Source of the DNA: Macrostomum lignano
Taxonomy: Eukaryota
Direction of reading: 5' to 3'
Length of the DNA stretch: 64,000 nt
Assembly: GCA_002269645.1 (NCBI GenBank)
Contig: NIVC01001693.1
Span: 1-64,000 of the forward strand
Under the pieces are notes generated by a model. The model searched no databases. It was not told the DNA's origin and worked only from the letters and a program-made list of their open reading frames with translations. Both the position numbers and the translations under genes were made by a program. This document shows positions 21,956 to 33,570 of this stretch, piece after piece; positions within the stretch are counted from its first letter, which is position 1, and each line of letters starts with the position of its first letter.

Positions 21956-22669
21956 TCAATTGATCGACAGCTCATCAATCGAGTCCAGGAGTTGCATCAG
22001 CCGTACAGTCAACTCACCGAGTCTGTACGATGAAGCTGACCGGTCGGAAGCCTGCAGCTGCACTTTCAGCACGAGGCAACCGCCAGTGAATGCGACAAAC
22101 AGGCAGCCTGCTTTCAGCAGAGTTTTCAGCCAAAGAATTTCGAGTCCATTGATGATGTGGCGATCAAAACCGATGCAACCCCCAACTAAAAGTGCAACGC
22201 CACCGATAGTTCGGTAAACGTCACGCGGGTTTTGCGAGAGCAGCAGCCTACCGTTATCCAGACACCTTAGAAATGCCTCTTTAGCGCTAATCAGCTCCCG
22301 GTGATCGTTTAGAAAAGCTTGCGCTTTCTCTCGGCACTGTTTCTGCAACAGAAAGTTCCTATCAAAATACTCTCCGTCGCTCACATCGGCCGCCAGTGGC
22401 GTTGCGAAATCTTCCGCCAAGTTGAAGCACGCTCTGGAGGAGCTGCTCAAACTATTCGAAGCCGTGAGCAAACTTCGAACCAAATTTAATTGCTCCGTGC
22501 TCAGCTGAGCTCTGTGGGACTCAGTCTCTTGCAAAATGATCAGCAGATCCTTTGTCTGCTTGTTCGCGTCTCGAGCTGCCTTAGACACGATTTGGTAGCG
22601 ATGCTGAGCGCTCTGCCAGGCGTCATCGCGTCGTCTGGCCTGCTGCTCCTCTCTCGTGATTGCCGACAT
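21956..22669 (-). CDS. P5: 237-aa helical protein with two hydrophobic segments near the C-terminus; unknown function
   Basis: Intronless ORF with ordinary composition; acceptor-like caacag 8 nt before ATG; hydrophobic stretches IGGVALLVGGCIGF and LLKAGCLFVAFTGGCLVL. Confidence 0.7.
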   Translation of the reverse strand: MSAITREEQQARRRDDAWQSAQHRYQIVSKAARDANKQTKDLLIILQETESHRAQLSTEQLNLVRSLLTASNSLSSSSRACFNLAEDFATPLAADVSDGEYFDRNFLLQKQCREKAQAFLNDHRELISAKEAFLRCLDNGRLLLSQNPRDVYRTIGGVALLVGGCIGFDRHIINGLEILWLKTLLKAGCLFVAFTGGCLVLKVQLQASDRSASSYRLGELTVRLMQLLDSIDELSIN

Positions 22670-23644
22670 GAGTTCAACTGTTGGGCACTACATGTAGGAC
22701 TGGGCAACAGGCGCTGCAGTGAATAGCAACGGGCCTGCGAATTTAAGCACATGGAACGAAAAGATAGAAGGGGAGCAGAGCGAAGGGCCAGAAAAGTACT
22801 GCGCTCACAGGAAGGTTAACACCCAACCCGTGCATGAAAGTAAGCAAGCAGACATAAAGAAACACGAGGACAACTAAATGTGTCAAATCTTGCGATAGAT
22901 TTTTGTTCGAGGCCAATCAAAGACTTTTATTCCGATGTGAGGTGCAAGGACCACTAGCACGATATCAGGACGCTATACTCAAAGATCGTGTAATTTTTTT
23001 TGGAGGCCGATTTCCGTCAAAGAATACATTACGGAGATAGTGAAAAATCTTCACATTCATCACAAAATTAGCAATATTCGTCAAATCAAACCACCCCAAT
23101 TAAAATTTTGCTCCTTCAGAAACAAAAAGAATCCCACCCACCCACGGCCTAGCAGACAGGTGCGTCCTTGAATGGTTATTACGCTCGTAATAGCACTTTT
23201 AGGCGCCCCTTGGTTCTGGCGTGGCTATGGACCTGGGTGAATCAGTTCGGCCATTTATAATTTAATTTTAGACATTACGGGCTTCGGCATATAACAGCTT
23301 GCGTGTGGCGGTATATGAACGTACACAGGCTACAGAAAGTGTAAACTGTAAACTGTCTGTGCATGCCGATTGCAATCTTATCGAGAGAGTTTAGAGCAGG
23401 ATGCGTGCATTCAAAACTTGAAGAGTAAACTTATTAGTCATTCTATTTACGCACCTAAATGCAATATTATAAACTTGCAAATAAATGTACTAAAAGAAGA
23501 CTGCTTCATATTACTCGTACTTAGTAGTCATGATAGATTCATTAGTTTGAGAAATATTTTAATACGATTATGAACAATAATAAAAAATAGACTTTGACGT
23601 ATAATGACGTATAATTATAGGTTCAGGGGTTGTCGATTATGAAT

Positions 23645-23995
23645 GATTGACTTGGTTGGTCATAAAGATTGACTTGGTTGGTCATAAAGATTGACTTGGT
23701 TGGTCATAAAGATTGACTTGGTTGGTCATAAAGATTGACTTGGTTGGTCATAAAGATTGACTTGGTTGGTCATAAAGATTGACTTGGTTGGTCATAAAGA
23801 TTGACTTGGTTGGTCATAAAGATTGACTTGGTTGGTCATAAAGATTGACTTGGTTGGTCATAAAGATTGACTTGGTTGGTCATAAAGATTGACTTGGTTG
23901 GTCATAAAGATTGACTTGGTTGGTCATAAAGATTGACTTGATTGGTCATAATGATTGACTTGGTTGGTCATAATGATTGAGTTTTCGGTCATAAA
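23645..23995. repeat. 22-bp minisatellite gattgacttggttggtcataaa x~15
   Basis: Near-identical tandem copies. Confidence 0.97.
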
Positions 23996-24606
23996 GACGC
24001 AAACCTGATTGTAATTAAAAAACAATGAACTCAAAAGTACTTTAGCAATTGCTCACTTATTATTCTGACAGATGCACCGGAAATGCAACAGGAAGTGTTA
24101 ATTGATTAAAATTTCGCTGTGCTTTTTGCGCTCCAAATATTCTAATTTAATATTCGAGACGAAATCATCGCGGGATCGAACCAGAGCAGCAGGTCTATGT
24201 ACAAATCAGATAGCTTAAGTTTTGAGTACAGTTTAGCCAGTTGCAATCAATGTACAATGGGAAACGCGAAAAGAGTCACCATACGAGGAGCTCCCGTATT
24301 TACAATTTTCTAACCTATATAATAGAATTCATAAATCATAAATGAACAAACTAAAGTTTACGAACCGATTATAAGATTAAAACAATAATAATATACGACA
24401 GGGGGGGGGGGGGAAGGCACCCGGCAGCAGTTGAGAGGCCGGCCACTATGAAAAGAATCAATGAAATGAAAAAATAGAGTGTAATAAAAATAAATTCAGT
24501 AATAAATTTCTTATCTAATAATATGTATGATGACAGGCTAAGCGTTAATAAATTTGGCTGCTAATAAAACACTGCCAGCGGGTTATTTAAAAGTACATCG
24601 GGTAAT

Positions 24607-26295
24607 TCAGGCCAGGGGGGACTGCAGCACTCGTAGCGGAGTTGTCTGGATGCTGTGCACCGCCCTCAGAGGGCCGCTAGATGCCGAGCAATGAGTTGAA
24701 CTGTCCGCTGAGGCTGCCCGATGCAGATGATGCTGGTGATGATGCTGCAGCAGCTGGGGTGTCCGCAGGGCGCTGGCTGATGGCAGGGTGCTCAGCGGAG
24801 GCAGCGGCGGCGGCGGAGGAGGCAGCTGCGGTTGCTTCCTCGGCGGCGCCAGCGGCGGCAAGCGATCGACAGCCGGGGCGACGGCGCTGCCTCCGCGTCG
24901 GACAGCCGTCGGGCCGGAGGAAGCCGCGGAGGAGCCGCCGGCGCTCAGGCGGTGCAGCAGACGTCGGACGGCCGGCGGGCTGGGCGACGCTCGCGGAGGT
25001 CGCTGCGGTGTCGGCGGCTGCGGGTGCAGCTGGCGGCTCCGACCGGGACTGCGGCTGCGCGACCGGCTGGCCAGCCGACTGACCGCCCGGCCGACGGCTT
25101 TCAAAGCGCCACCGAGGGCGCCGCTGCTTCGTCGACGACGCCGACGATTCTCTTCCTGTTGAATGCTGTCGCTGGAATCTTCTCCGTTGTCGAGCTGGTG
25201 GTGCTGGCGGGAGATGTGGCGCGCCTGCTGCTGCAGCTGCAGGAGGTGCTGGTGCTGGTGCAGGCCCAGCTCGCTGGGGAACTCCACCAGCAGGGCGACT
25301 CCGCTGTTCAGGCGGGCCATCTCGCGCGGACAGACTGCGGCTGATGGGGCCCGGGCGAGGAGGAGGCTGGGCCCTAGGGATGTGGCCAAATTTGAGGCGT
25401 CCATGCGGTTTCGCTGGCTATTGCGGCTCACCTGAATTTTATAGAAAAAAATGGACTTTTTAAATCAGAATTCTAGTGTAATTTGCGGATGATACTACTG
25501 AACAGGCGACTTAGTAGAATGATGAGTCAATAAAACTAAACAGACAATTTCTTGTTTAATAAAAAACTCGAAAAAGAGCCTCACCTCGCCAAGAAAGCAG
25601 CAGAGGAACTGCAGGGCGGTCAGCTGGTCAGCTGGCAGCAGCAGGCCGCACAGTCGCAGGATTCGAACCCGGCGCTCCGGGGACGCCTGAGTGGCAGCTT
25701 CGGCCAAGGCGTGGGCCATCCTGGCCGGCACCAGCGGCTCCGGCAGCTCGCGCAGCCAGGCCTTCAAAGTTGAGCAGACATCCTGCGGCGGCGTGCCGTC
25801 TCGGATACCGCAGCCGTGTTCCAGACGCTGTCGAAGGTCGCGCAGCCGCAGTCGGGAGCCTTCAACGCGGAACAGGCCCTCGGTGTCCAGAAGGCCGCCA
25901 CAGCGCAGGTAGGCGCAGCAGTCGGCCAGCAGGGCGGGCACCCGGCCGAAGCCGGGCACCTCGCGGCTTGGCTGGTCCGCCAACGCCCGGCCAAAACAGG
26001 CCGTGGTCGTCGGCGCTGCTGCAGTTGGCGTCGAAGTCAGCAACGAACTCGCCGCTGAAGCGGACAACGCGGCAGCAGCTGGAGGAGGCCTCTGCTGATG
26101 AAGCGATGGCTGATTTGGCAGCCGGATGCCAAGCAGCCGGAGCTCCTGCTCGGCCAGAGCGGCCGCCACCGCCGACACCGGAGGCTGCTGCAGACGGCAG
26201 GTGCACTCTGCCGAACTTTGGCTTCGCTTCTTGTCGCAGGGCGAGCGGCTGTTGACGCTGTAGGTCTTCGCTGAGCACAGAATCGCTGCAGACAT
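24607..26295 (-). CDS. RhoGAP-domain protein (ARHGAP11-like), 2 exons 26295-25585 and 25431-24607, 511 aa
   Basis: FGRAL...VPALLADCCAYL...EGLFRVEGS (arginine finger)...DVCSTLKAWLRELPEPLVP...FLGE|VSRNSQRNRMDASNLATSLGPSLL. Phase-0 GT-AG intron 25584-25432. Low-complexity tail. Confidence 0.93.
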
Positions 26296-27208
26296 GATCG
26301 TACTTGCGGTGGCCGCCGCTGCAGCTGGTCAAGTGCTCAAAAAACTGAGTTATCTGTCGATCCAATCAGTCTGTCTGTCTTCTTATGACTGGAGCTCTGT
26401 GTGTGTTTAAAACGCTTGTCTATCAATCTGAAGGTATACCGATGCCGGCAGTAAAATATAGATAGATGGGCTTCAGGCAGACACCTGGGTGGGGGGTTTT
26501 ACCAAATAGGCCTGCGTTGGATGGGGTGTTGGGGCCCGTGCCGGTGTGCCGGCCCAGCCAATCAGAAGGCTCGGAGAGTGTGACAAATATTTTTAGACAG
26601 GCCGGGGGTTCAGTGGAGGGACCAGGAGAGAGGGGGCCGCGCAACCCCTCCCCCCTACAGCAAGGTCCTCGCTTGCTCACCGCCCCGGCTCAATGCAGCT
26701 TGGGATATTTTTTCGCGAAATGGGCTCCCTATTTTTCCAACAACCGCTGGAGTTCCGATTCCCCTTTCCCACCACCCCCACCCCCCCCCGGGTGGCGCAT
26801 GCCTTGAGTAAACAGTGCAGACATGAACCCCAGGCCAGTTCGTTTCCAAGATATAGCTTTAGCAATATAGGCCTCTACTGGAGTTCGGTAAATACGATTT
26901 ATTATGAAGTGCCTTATTGCCGGCCTATCATTGAGCTCGTTTGCAATTGAGCCTGTCTACTCTATTTGATATATGCGAACTAAATTTGAGTTTTATGACC
27001 CAGCTCTGCCCGCGTGCGGAACCAAAGACTGAATGAACTGTGAGCAGATCGTTCAGTTTACATTAGACACAACAGATGCGCTGTGCTGTCTATTACGAAA
27101 ATATATCGGGAACTTTGGTTGGTGGATGTGATTAATTTTTTTAGTAAACTTGGTTTCATTTTAAAGATGAATAATTTCTCGGTAGTTTAGTTGAAACTTC
27201 AAAACCCC

Positions 27209-27378
27209 ATGAGCCTTGACATCTCAGCAATTCCCCCTATGAGCCTTGACATCTCAGCAATTCCCCCTATGAGCCTTGACATCTCAGCAATTCCCCCTAT
27301 GAGCCTTGATATCTCAGCAATTCCCCCTATGAGCCTTGACATCTCAGCAATTCCCCTATGAGCCTTGACATCTCAGCA
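27209..27378. repeat. 30-bp minisatellite gagccttgacatctcagcaattccccctat x~6
   Basis: Tandem copies; same family as the repeats at 2000-3058. Confidence 0.95.
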
Positions 27379-28029
27379 CTTCGAACCAGCTGTCAGCGAC
27401 AAGTCAAACTAGTCATCTTTCAAGGTTCAATCAAACTTCAAAAATTCGAACTTGTACTGAGCCACGTATGATTATGAGAAAAAAGAAAAGTGTAACTTGA
27501 TGCTTCTAAATTAAGACAGCCGCAGCCGCCATATGCCCAATAATGGTGTTTGAAATAATCATTAAAAATACAATCTGTTGCAATATTGCATAGGATTTGT
27601 AGCCTTGGTACATCTAGGTGTTGATTACTGCATCACATTCGTTTCCCCTTTTGTCACCTTGGCAATAAACTGTTCAGATGAAGATATCGCGATTCTGACA
27701 ATGGTTGATGAAGCGAAAGACAATCCATCGCAGAGTCTTCAAGTCAACTCAGTCGCCAGATCGATCAATATCGATTGAGGTGACAACGGAGCACCTCAGT
27801 TGCTATCTGTTGAGACTCAGCCCGATTTGCGATTCAAAACATTTTGGAAAGAGCAGATTTTAGAGAAGATTAATGACTGTTTTCTCCTTCTCACCATCGC
27901 AACAGAGAATCTCAGATGAAAGGATTAATCTCTTTTTTTTAGCTTTGCAGTGTCTTCCCTACGAACTTTTTTCCACAGTCGTATTCTAGGTCAGAGAAAC
28001 CGATCCTCAAGAGACTGAGCAACTCTACC

Positions 28030-28680
28030 TACATGAGAATCTCTCCCTGAGAATCTCTCTTTCTAAGAATCACTCTCTTAGAATCTCTCTAAGAATCTCC
28101 ATGATAATCTTCTCTTTTTAAGTATCTCTCCCTAAGAATCTCTCCCTGAGAATCTCTCTTTCTAAGAATCTCTCCCTGAGAATCCCTCCCCGAGAATCCC
28201 TTCCTGAGATTCTCTCCTTCTAAGTATTTCTCCGTGAGAATCTCTCTTTCTAAGAATCTCGCAAAGATTATCTCCCTGAGAATCTCTCCCTGAGAATCCC
28301 TGCATGAGAATCCCTATCTCTATCTCTAAGAGTCTCTATCTCTAAGAATCTCTCCCTGAGAATCTCTCTTTCTAAAAATCTGTTACTGAGAATCTCTCTT
28401 TCTAAGAATCTCTCCTGAAAGTCTCTCTTACTAAGAATATCGCCCTGAGAGTCTCTCTCTCTCTAAGAATAATTCCCTAAGAATATCTCTTTCCAAGAAT
28501 CTCTCCCTGAGAATCTCTCCCCTAGAATATCTCCCTGAGAACCTCTCTTTCTAAGAATCTCTCCCCGAGAGTCTCTCATTCTAAGAATCTCGCAAAGAAT
28601 CTCTCCCTGAGAATCTCTCTTTCTAAGAATCTCTAATGAGAATATCTCTTTCTAAGAATCTCTCCCTAAGAATTTCTTCA
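28030..28680. repeat. Degenerate 14-16-bp minisatellite (agaatctctccctg / agaatctctctttcta)
   Basis: Interleaved variant units; about nine TTC(T/C)AAGAA. Confidence 0.9.
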
Positions 28681-29424
28681 CTTTCGAGATGAGTAATCAG
28701 ACTCACACATACACTTCCCATAGAAAAATATCCGCCGCACATTTTATTTGTGTTCAGTCAGCAAATGGACAAACAAAGCATTCACTTTGAGTAAGAATTG
28801 GGGTACTGCATGAGGCACAAAAGAAAATCTGGTTGTTGATGCTTTTTTCCTCCCACCTCTCTAGCCAGGGGCACAAAGTCTTGCCTATTGTATTGGGATT
28901 AACATTCGCACATTTCTTCTGTGTGTTTGTGTATTTTGTTTAGCCTCAAAACTGACTGACTGCTCAAATCACATTTGAAAATTGTCAACTCGAACTCCTT
29001 CAGAAAACTGTTATTAGCGGGTTTGTTTAACACACGCGCGCCAATTCTTTGCAACTGGCCCGCAGGCTGCAAGATGGAAATGTTAGCTGGGCAAGCCTTC
29101 AATCAATGCTTTAGCTGTGTATGTGTACGCTGGTATAACGTTGAGGAAAACCTCGTATTTAAAGAGTTGCCCTAATAAAAGGCTTCTACTTGAGGAGTAC
29201 ATGGGCCGGAATCTAAGATTGTAGTTGGCTGATCCTTTGTCCCTTTTGTTTCTGCGGTATCTGATGATGTTTTTTTTGTTGATTTTATGCTGATGCTGTG
29301 GTTGTTTCTGTTGATTGACTTCGTTGGTCCTGTGGAGGACGTCGAAGCAGTGCAGAAGATGACATTGGTTTGGGAGCCACAGAGCCTACAGACACGTCGT
29401 AATACATTTACGGTTTCGATAGTA

Positions 29425-29601
29425 GCTTGTTGTTGTTGTTGTTTCTGTTGTTGCTGTTGTTGTTGTTGTTGTTGTTGTTGTCATTGTTGTTGTTGTTGAT
29501 GCTGATGCTGTTGTTGTTGTTTCTGTTGTTGCTGTTGTTGTCGTTGTTGTTGTTGTTGTCATTGTTGTTGTTGTTGATGCTGATGCTGTTGCTGTTGAGA
29601 C

Positions 29602-29638
<37 letters not shown>

Positions 29639-29800
29639 GAGGCTGTTGTTGTTTTTGTTGTTGTTTTTTGTTGTTGTTGCTGTTGTTGTTGTTGTTGATA
29701 ACGATGCGGCTGTTGTTGTTGTTGCTGTTATTGTTGATAATGAGGCTGTTATTGTTGTTGCTGTTGATGATGATGAGGTTGTTATTGTTGTGGTTGATTT
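29425..29800. repeat. (GTT)n trinucleotide microsatellite
   Basis: Long imperfect TGT/GTT run; explains the poly-L, poly-C and poly-Q/N ORFs. Confidence 0.95.
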
Positions 29801-31659
29801 TTTGTGGATGATTTTGTCGCTGTTTTGGCTGATCTTTTATGTCACACATTGATAATTTCTTTTATTCTGCGTTCCCTTCACAAAAATGTCCAAACTGCAG
29901 TGAAAATAATGCGTTTCCGGTACACGCAGGGCATCTGACAGCTGTCAAGCACAGTTGCAAATCAGAGCAGTGTGTCCCACTGCAATTGAATAACCGGAAG
30001 CTTCCGCGCAGCGGCCACGCGTTCTTCGAAAAAAACACTCCATCAACAATTTTAAAAGATTCTGCAATGTATGTAAAACGCTACATCAAAAATAATAACG
30101 TACATTGCATACACAGCAAAAAATATAAGCATAACTTATTAGCTCCAAATTGGTCGCGTGTCGCCTTTGGATCGGAAGCTGGATTCTATAAATATCTCTT
30201 GGGAAAATTATCCCACCCGCAGAGGCAGGTGTGAGCCTCCGTTCCCCACATCCCCCACACACGCCGTTGGCCCCGAGCCTAGCAACTAAAACTAGAAAAT
30301 AACTATTATAACTAGCCACGCTACCATCGAAGAATAATTGAAATGCTTTTCTAAATTCCTTTCTCAATCGGGGTTAGCCAGAGCCACTTTGATTATTGGT
30401 CATCTTTCAATTAGTTGCACCAGCCCAAGACCGTTGAAACACGAAACTGTTTAGGTTTGCCAGCTGGGTGAGTTAAACTTTATGCAATAATGCCAAGGAC
30501 TCCAAGCATTCCCAGCATCGCATGACTGCGCACTGAAGATGGGGACTCGGAGGTCTCAAGCGTCGAGCACACGCAGCCACCGGGTGTCGCGCTCCCAGAC
30601 CTCCCCCCCCCCGAGAGGCAAACTGGAGAGCTCCTCTCCCGGTTACAATCCGATGACAATTTTTTGCAATATGTCGAATCTCCCCTACATGTATCTCCCC
30701 TTGGATATGCTGAACCAAGGAGTTTTACAGCTAGAATCTGGAGTTGAAAAGCTCTGACTGTAGGTCACAAGAGATTAGGAGCTCAGGAGCCAGTCGAATG
30801 GGCAGAATTGCTTTGACAATGATTGTGGGACCACGTCGGGAGACTTGACATTCGATAGAACTGACTGTTTAGCACAAAGTGAAACAAATACTATGTTGAT
30901 TAAATCGGTCAAGGTCATTGTGGTATCTATTTTACCAATCCGAGTTTTGGCTCTGGGAGTCCTTGGCTCAACTCCAAGGGAAGCTCAAAAAGTCCCAATC
31001 TTTTGAGCCAGCCAGCTCTTATCCTCGGCTCTGGGAGACCATCTCCACCAATGTGCCACCCGCTGAGATTGCGAACCTCCCTCCCTCCCTCCCTCATTCC
31101 CTATTAATACCGCTTCCGGGAGCTTCAATCCCTGCACGTGGTGGCTCGGGAAAAATATGGCACGGAATAAACACTACGAATAATTCCACTTCAAAGCCCC
31201 TTTTGTTGAGAAAAAATTCAGAACTATAGCTCTCGTATATAGATAGCCATCATTGCAATCTGCCATCCCCCTCTCCCCCCACGAGCTCGAATATTCCTTT
31301 GATATCGTGGAGGTGGCAGAGGCGCTCGCACGTGGGGAATATAGTTAGGGGATATTAATACCGGTATAGTGGTGGTATTTACTAATAATATATACCTTTA
31401 TGTCTAGGCGGCAGCCTATATTGTCGGCTTCTTATCTGCAAGCGCGGACCAAATTAAATAAAGCGGTAGATAAATAATAGACAGGCTGCAAAATTCGGTT
31501 AAATTTAGTAATGTTAACTTTAAATAGTGGACTGAAGCAGGCAGTAAGCTCAACTTTTGGTGAACACTCTCCATCTCTCAAGTCCATGGGCATTAAAACC
31601 CTATAATGTTTTATAAAAGCTTTGCCTTGACATAATGCACATGCGCTACCATTGGCGCC

Positions 31660-32300
31660 ACAAAAAGACTCAGGATCGGCGCCACAAATAGCCTCAGAAT
31701 TGGCGCCACAAATAGCCTCAATATTGGCGCCACAAATAGCCTCAAGATTGGCACCACAAATAGCCTCAGGATCGGCGCCATAAATAGCCTCAGGATCGGC
31801 GCCACAAATAGCCTCAGGATCGGCGCCACAAATAGCCTCAGGATCGGCGCCACAAATAGCCTCAATATTGGCGCCACAAATAGCCTCAAGATTGGCGCCA
31901 CAAATAGCCTCAGGATCGGCGCCACAAATAGCCTCAGGATCGGCGCCACAAATAGCCTCAGGATCGGCGCCACAAATAGCCTCAAGATTGGTGCCACAAA
32001 CAGCCTCAGGATCGGCGCCACAAATAGCCTCAAGATTGGCGCCACAGATAGCCTTAGAATTAGTGCCACAAATAGACTCAGGATTGGCGCGACAAAAAGA
32101 CTCAGGATTGGCGCCATAACCATAAATAGACTCAGGATTGGCGCGACAAAAAAACTCAGGATCGGCGCCACAAATAGCCTCAGAATTGGCGCCACAAATA
32201 GCCTCAAGATTGGCGCCACAAATAGCCTCAAGATTGGCGCTGCAACCTCAAATAGCCTCAGAACTGGCGCTACGACCACAAAAAGCCTCAGGATTGGCGG
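31660..32300. repeat. 24-bp minisatellite ggcgccacaaatagcctcaggatc x~26
   Basis: Tandem copies; gives the spurious (VAPILRLF)n ORF. Confidence 0.97.
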
Positions 32301-32789
32301 CATAAATAGCGCCGCAAAAACGCCAGAAAATAGCAAAGGATTAAATAGATTGAAGTATCCCAACAGAAAACTGAGCAGCAGATATATTAGCTACTGATAT
32401 AAATCTGAAAATTGTTGCAGAGGCTTGCAATGCAGAGTGAAAGAATTAAGAAACACAGCCACGTCTCTCACCCCAACCCCAATGCGCTAACACGATTGCA
32501 TGAAAAAATAAGGAAAGATCATAATTATCAGGGAAATTCTTCTATCCTGCACAGTCCACCTCATTTTTCGCACCTTTTTTATCTTTTCAGCTCTTGAGCC
32601 CTCTTGACATTTTCTTATTGAAAAATATGTAAAGCTTTCTATAGTAAATTTGACTGAAGTTTATATATGCGAAGCTTATGTTTCTAAATTCTATGTATAC
32701 GAATTTGATTATTTTTTTCTGAGGCAATACATGTATTACCCTTTGAACTATAAAAAAAGGCGTCAACTTGAAGAACCATCTTGAAATGG

Positions 32790-33570
32790 AAATCTCACCT
32801 GAGATAAACATATTGAATAGAAATCTCACCTGAGATAAACATATTGAATAGAAATCTCACCTGAGATAAACATATTGAATAGAAATCTCACCTGAGATAA
32901 ACATATTGAATAGAAATCTCACCTGAGATAAACATATTGAATAGAAATCTCACATGAGATAATCATCTTGAATAGGAATCTCACCTGAGATAAACATATT
33001 GAATAGAAATCTCACCTGAGATAAACATATTGAATAGAAATCTCACCTGAGATAAACATATTGAATAGAAATCTCACCTGAGATAAACATATTGAATAGA
33101 AATCTCACATGAGATAATCATCTTGAATAGGAATCTCACCTGAGATAAACATATTGAATAGAAATCTCACATGAGATAATCATCTTGAATAGGAATCTCA
33201 CCTGAGATAAACATCTTGAATAGGAATCTTACCTGAGAGAATCATCATGAATAGGAATCTCACCTGAGAGAATCATCTTGAATAGGAATCTTACCTGAGA
33301 TAAACATCATGAATAGGAATCTCACCTGAGAGAATCATCTTGAATAGGAATCTTACCTGAGATAATCATCTTGAATAGGAATCTTACCTGAGATAAACAT
33401 CATGAATAGGAATCTCACCTGAGAGAATCATCTTGAATAGGAATCTTACCTGAGATAATCATCTTGAATAGGAATCTTACCTGAGATAAACATCATGAAT
33501 AGGAATCTCACCTGAGAGAATCATCTTGAATAGGAATCTCACCTCTCACCTGAGAGAATCGTCTTGAATA
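32790..33570. repeat. 31-bp minisatellite gaaatctcacctgagataaacatattgaata x~25, with a variant gradient
   Basis: Tandem copies; the unit shifts to ggaatctcacctgagagaatcatcttgaata towards the right. Confidence 0.97.

Noticed and set aside
24681-26255. Several overlapping plus-strand ORFs over the RhoGAP gene (similar ones over STAT exons at 43698-45474)
   Set aside because: Antisense shadows of GC-rich real exons.
29287-29852. Poly-L, poly-C and poly-Q/N ORFs
   Set aside because: By-products of the (GTT)n microsatellite; no splice or domain support.
30473-30718. HIAKNC resembling a gag zinc knuckle
   Set aside because: The CX2CX4HX4C pattern is incomplete and no other retroelement motifs are nearby.
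31611-32363. 250-aa (VAPILRLF)n ORF
   Set aside because: Translation of a 24-bp minisatellite that lacks stops in that frame.
32790-33570. Regular ~31-bp repeats with an internal palindrome, superficially like a CRISPR array (also 23645-23995, 61255-62000)
   Set aside because: Units are head-to-tail with no unique spacers, there are no cas genes, and the context is eukaryotic.
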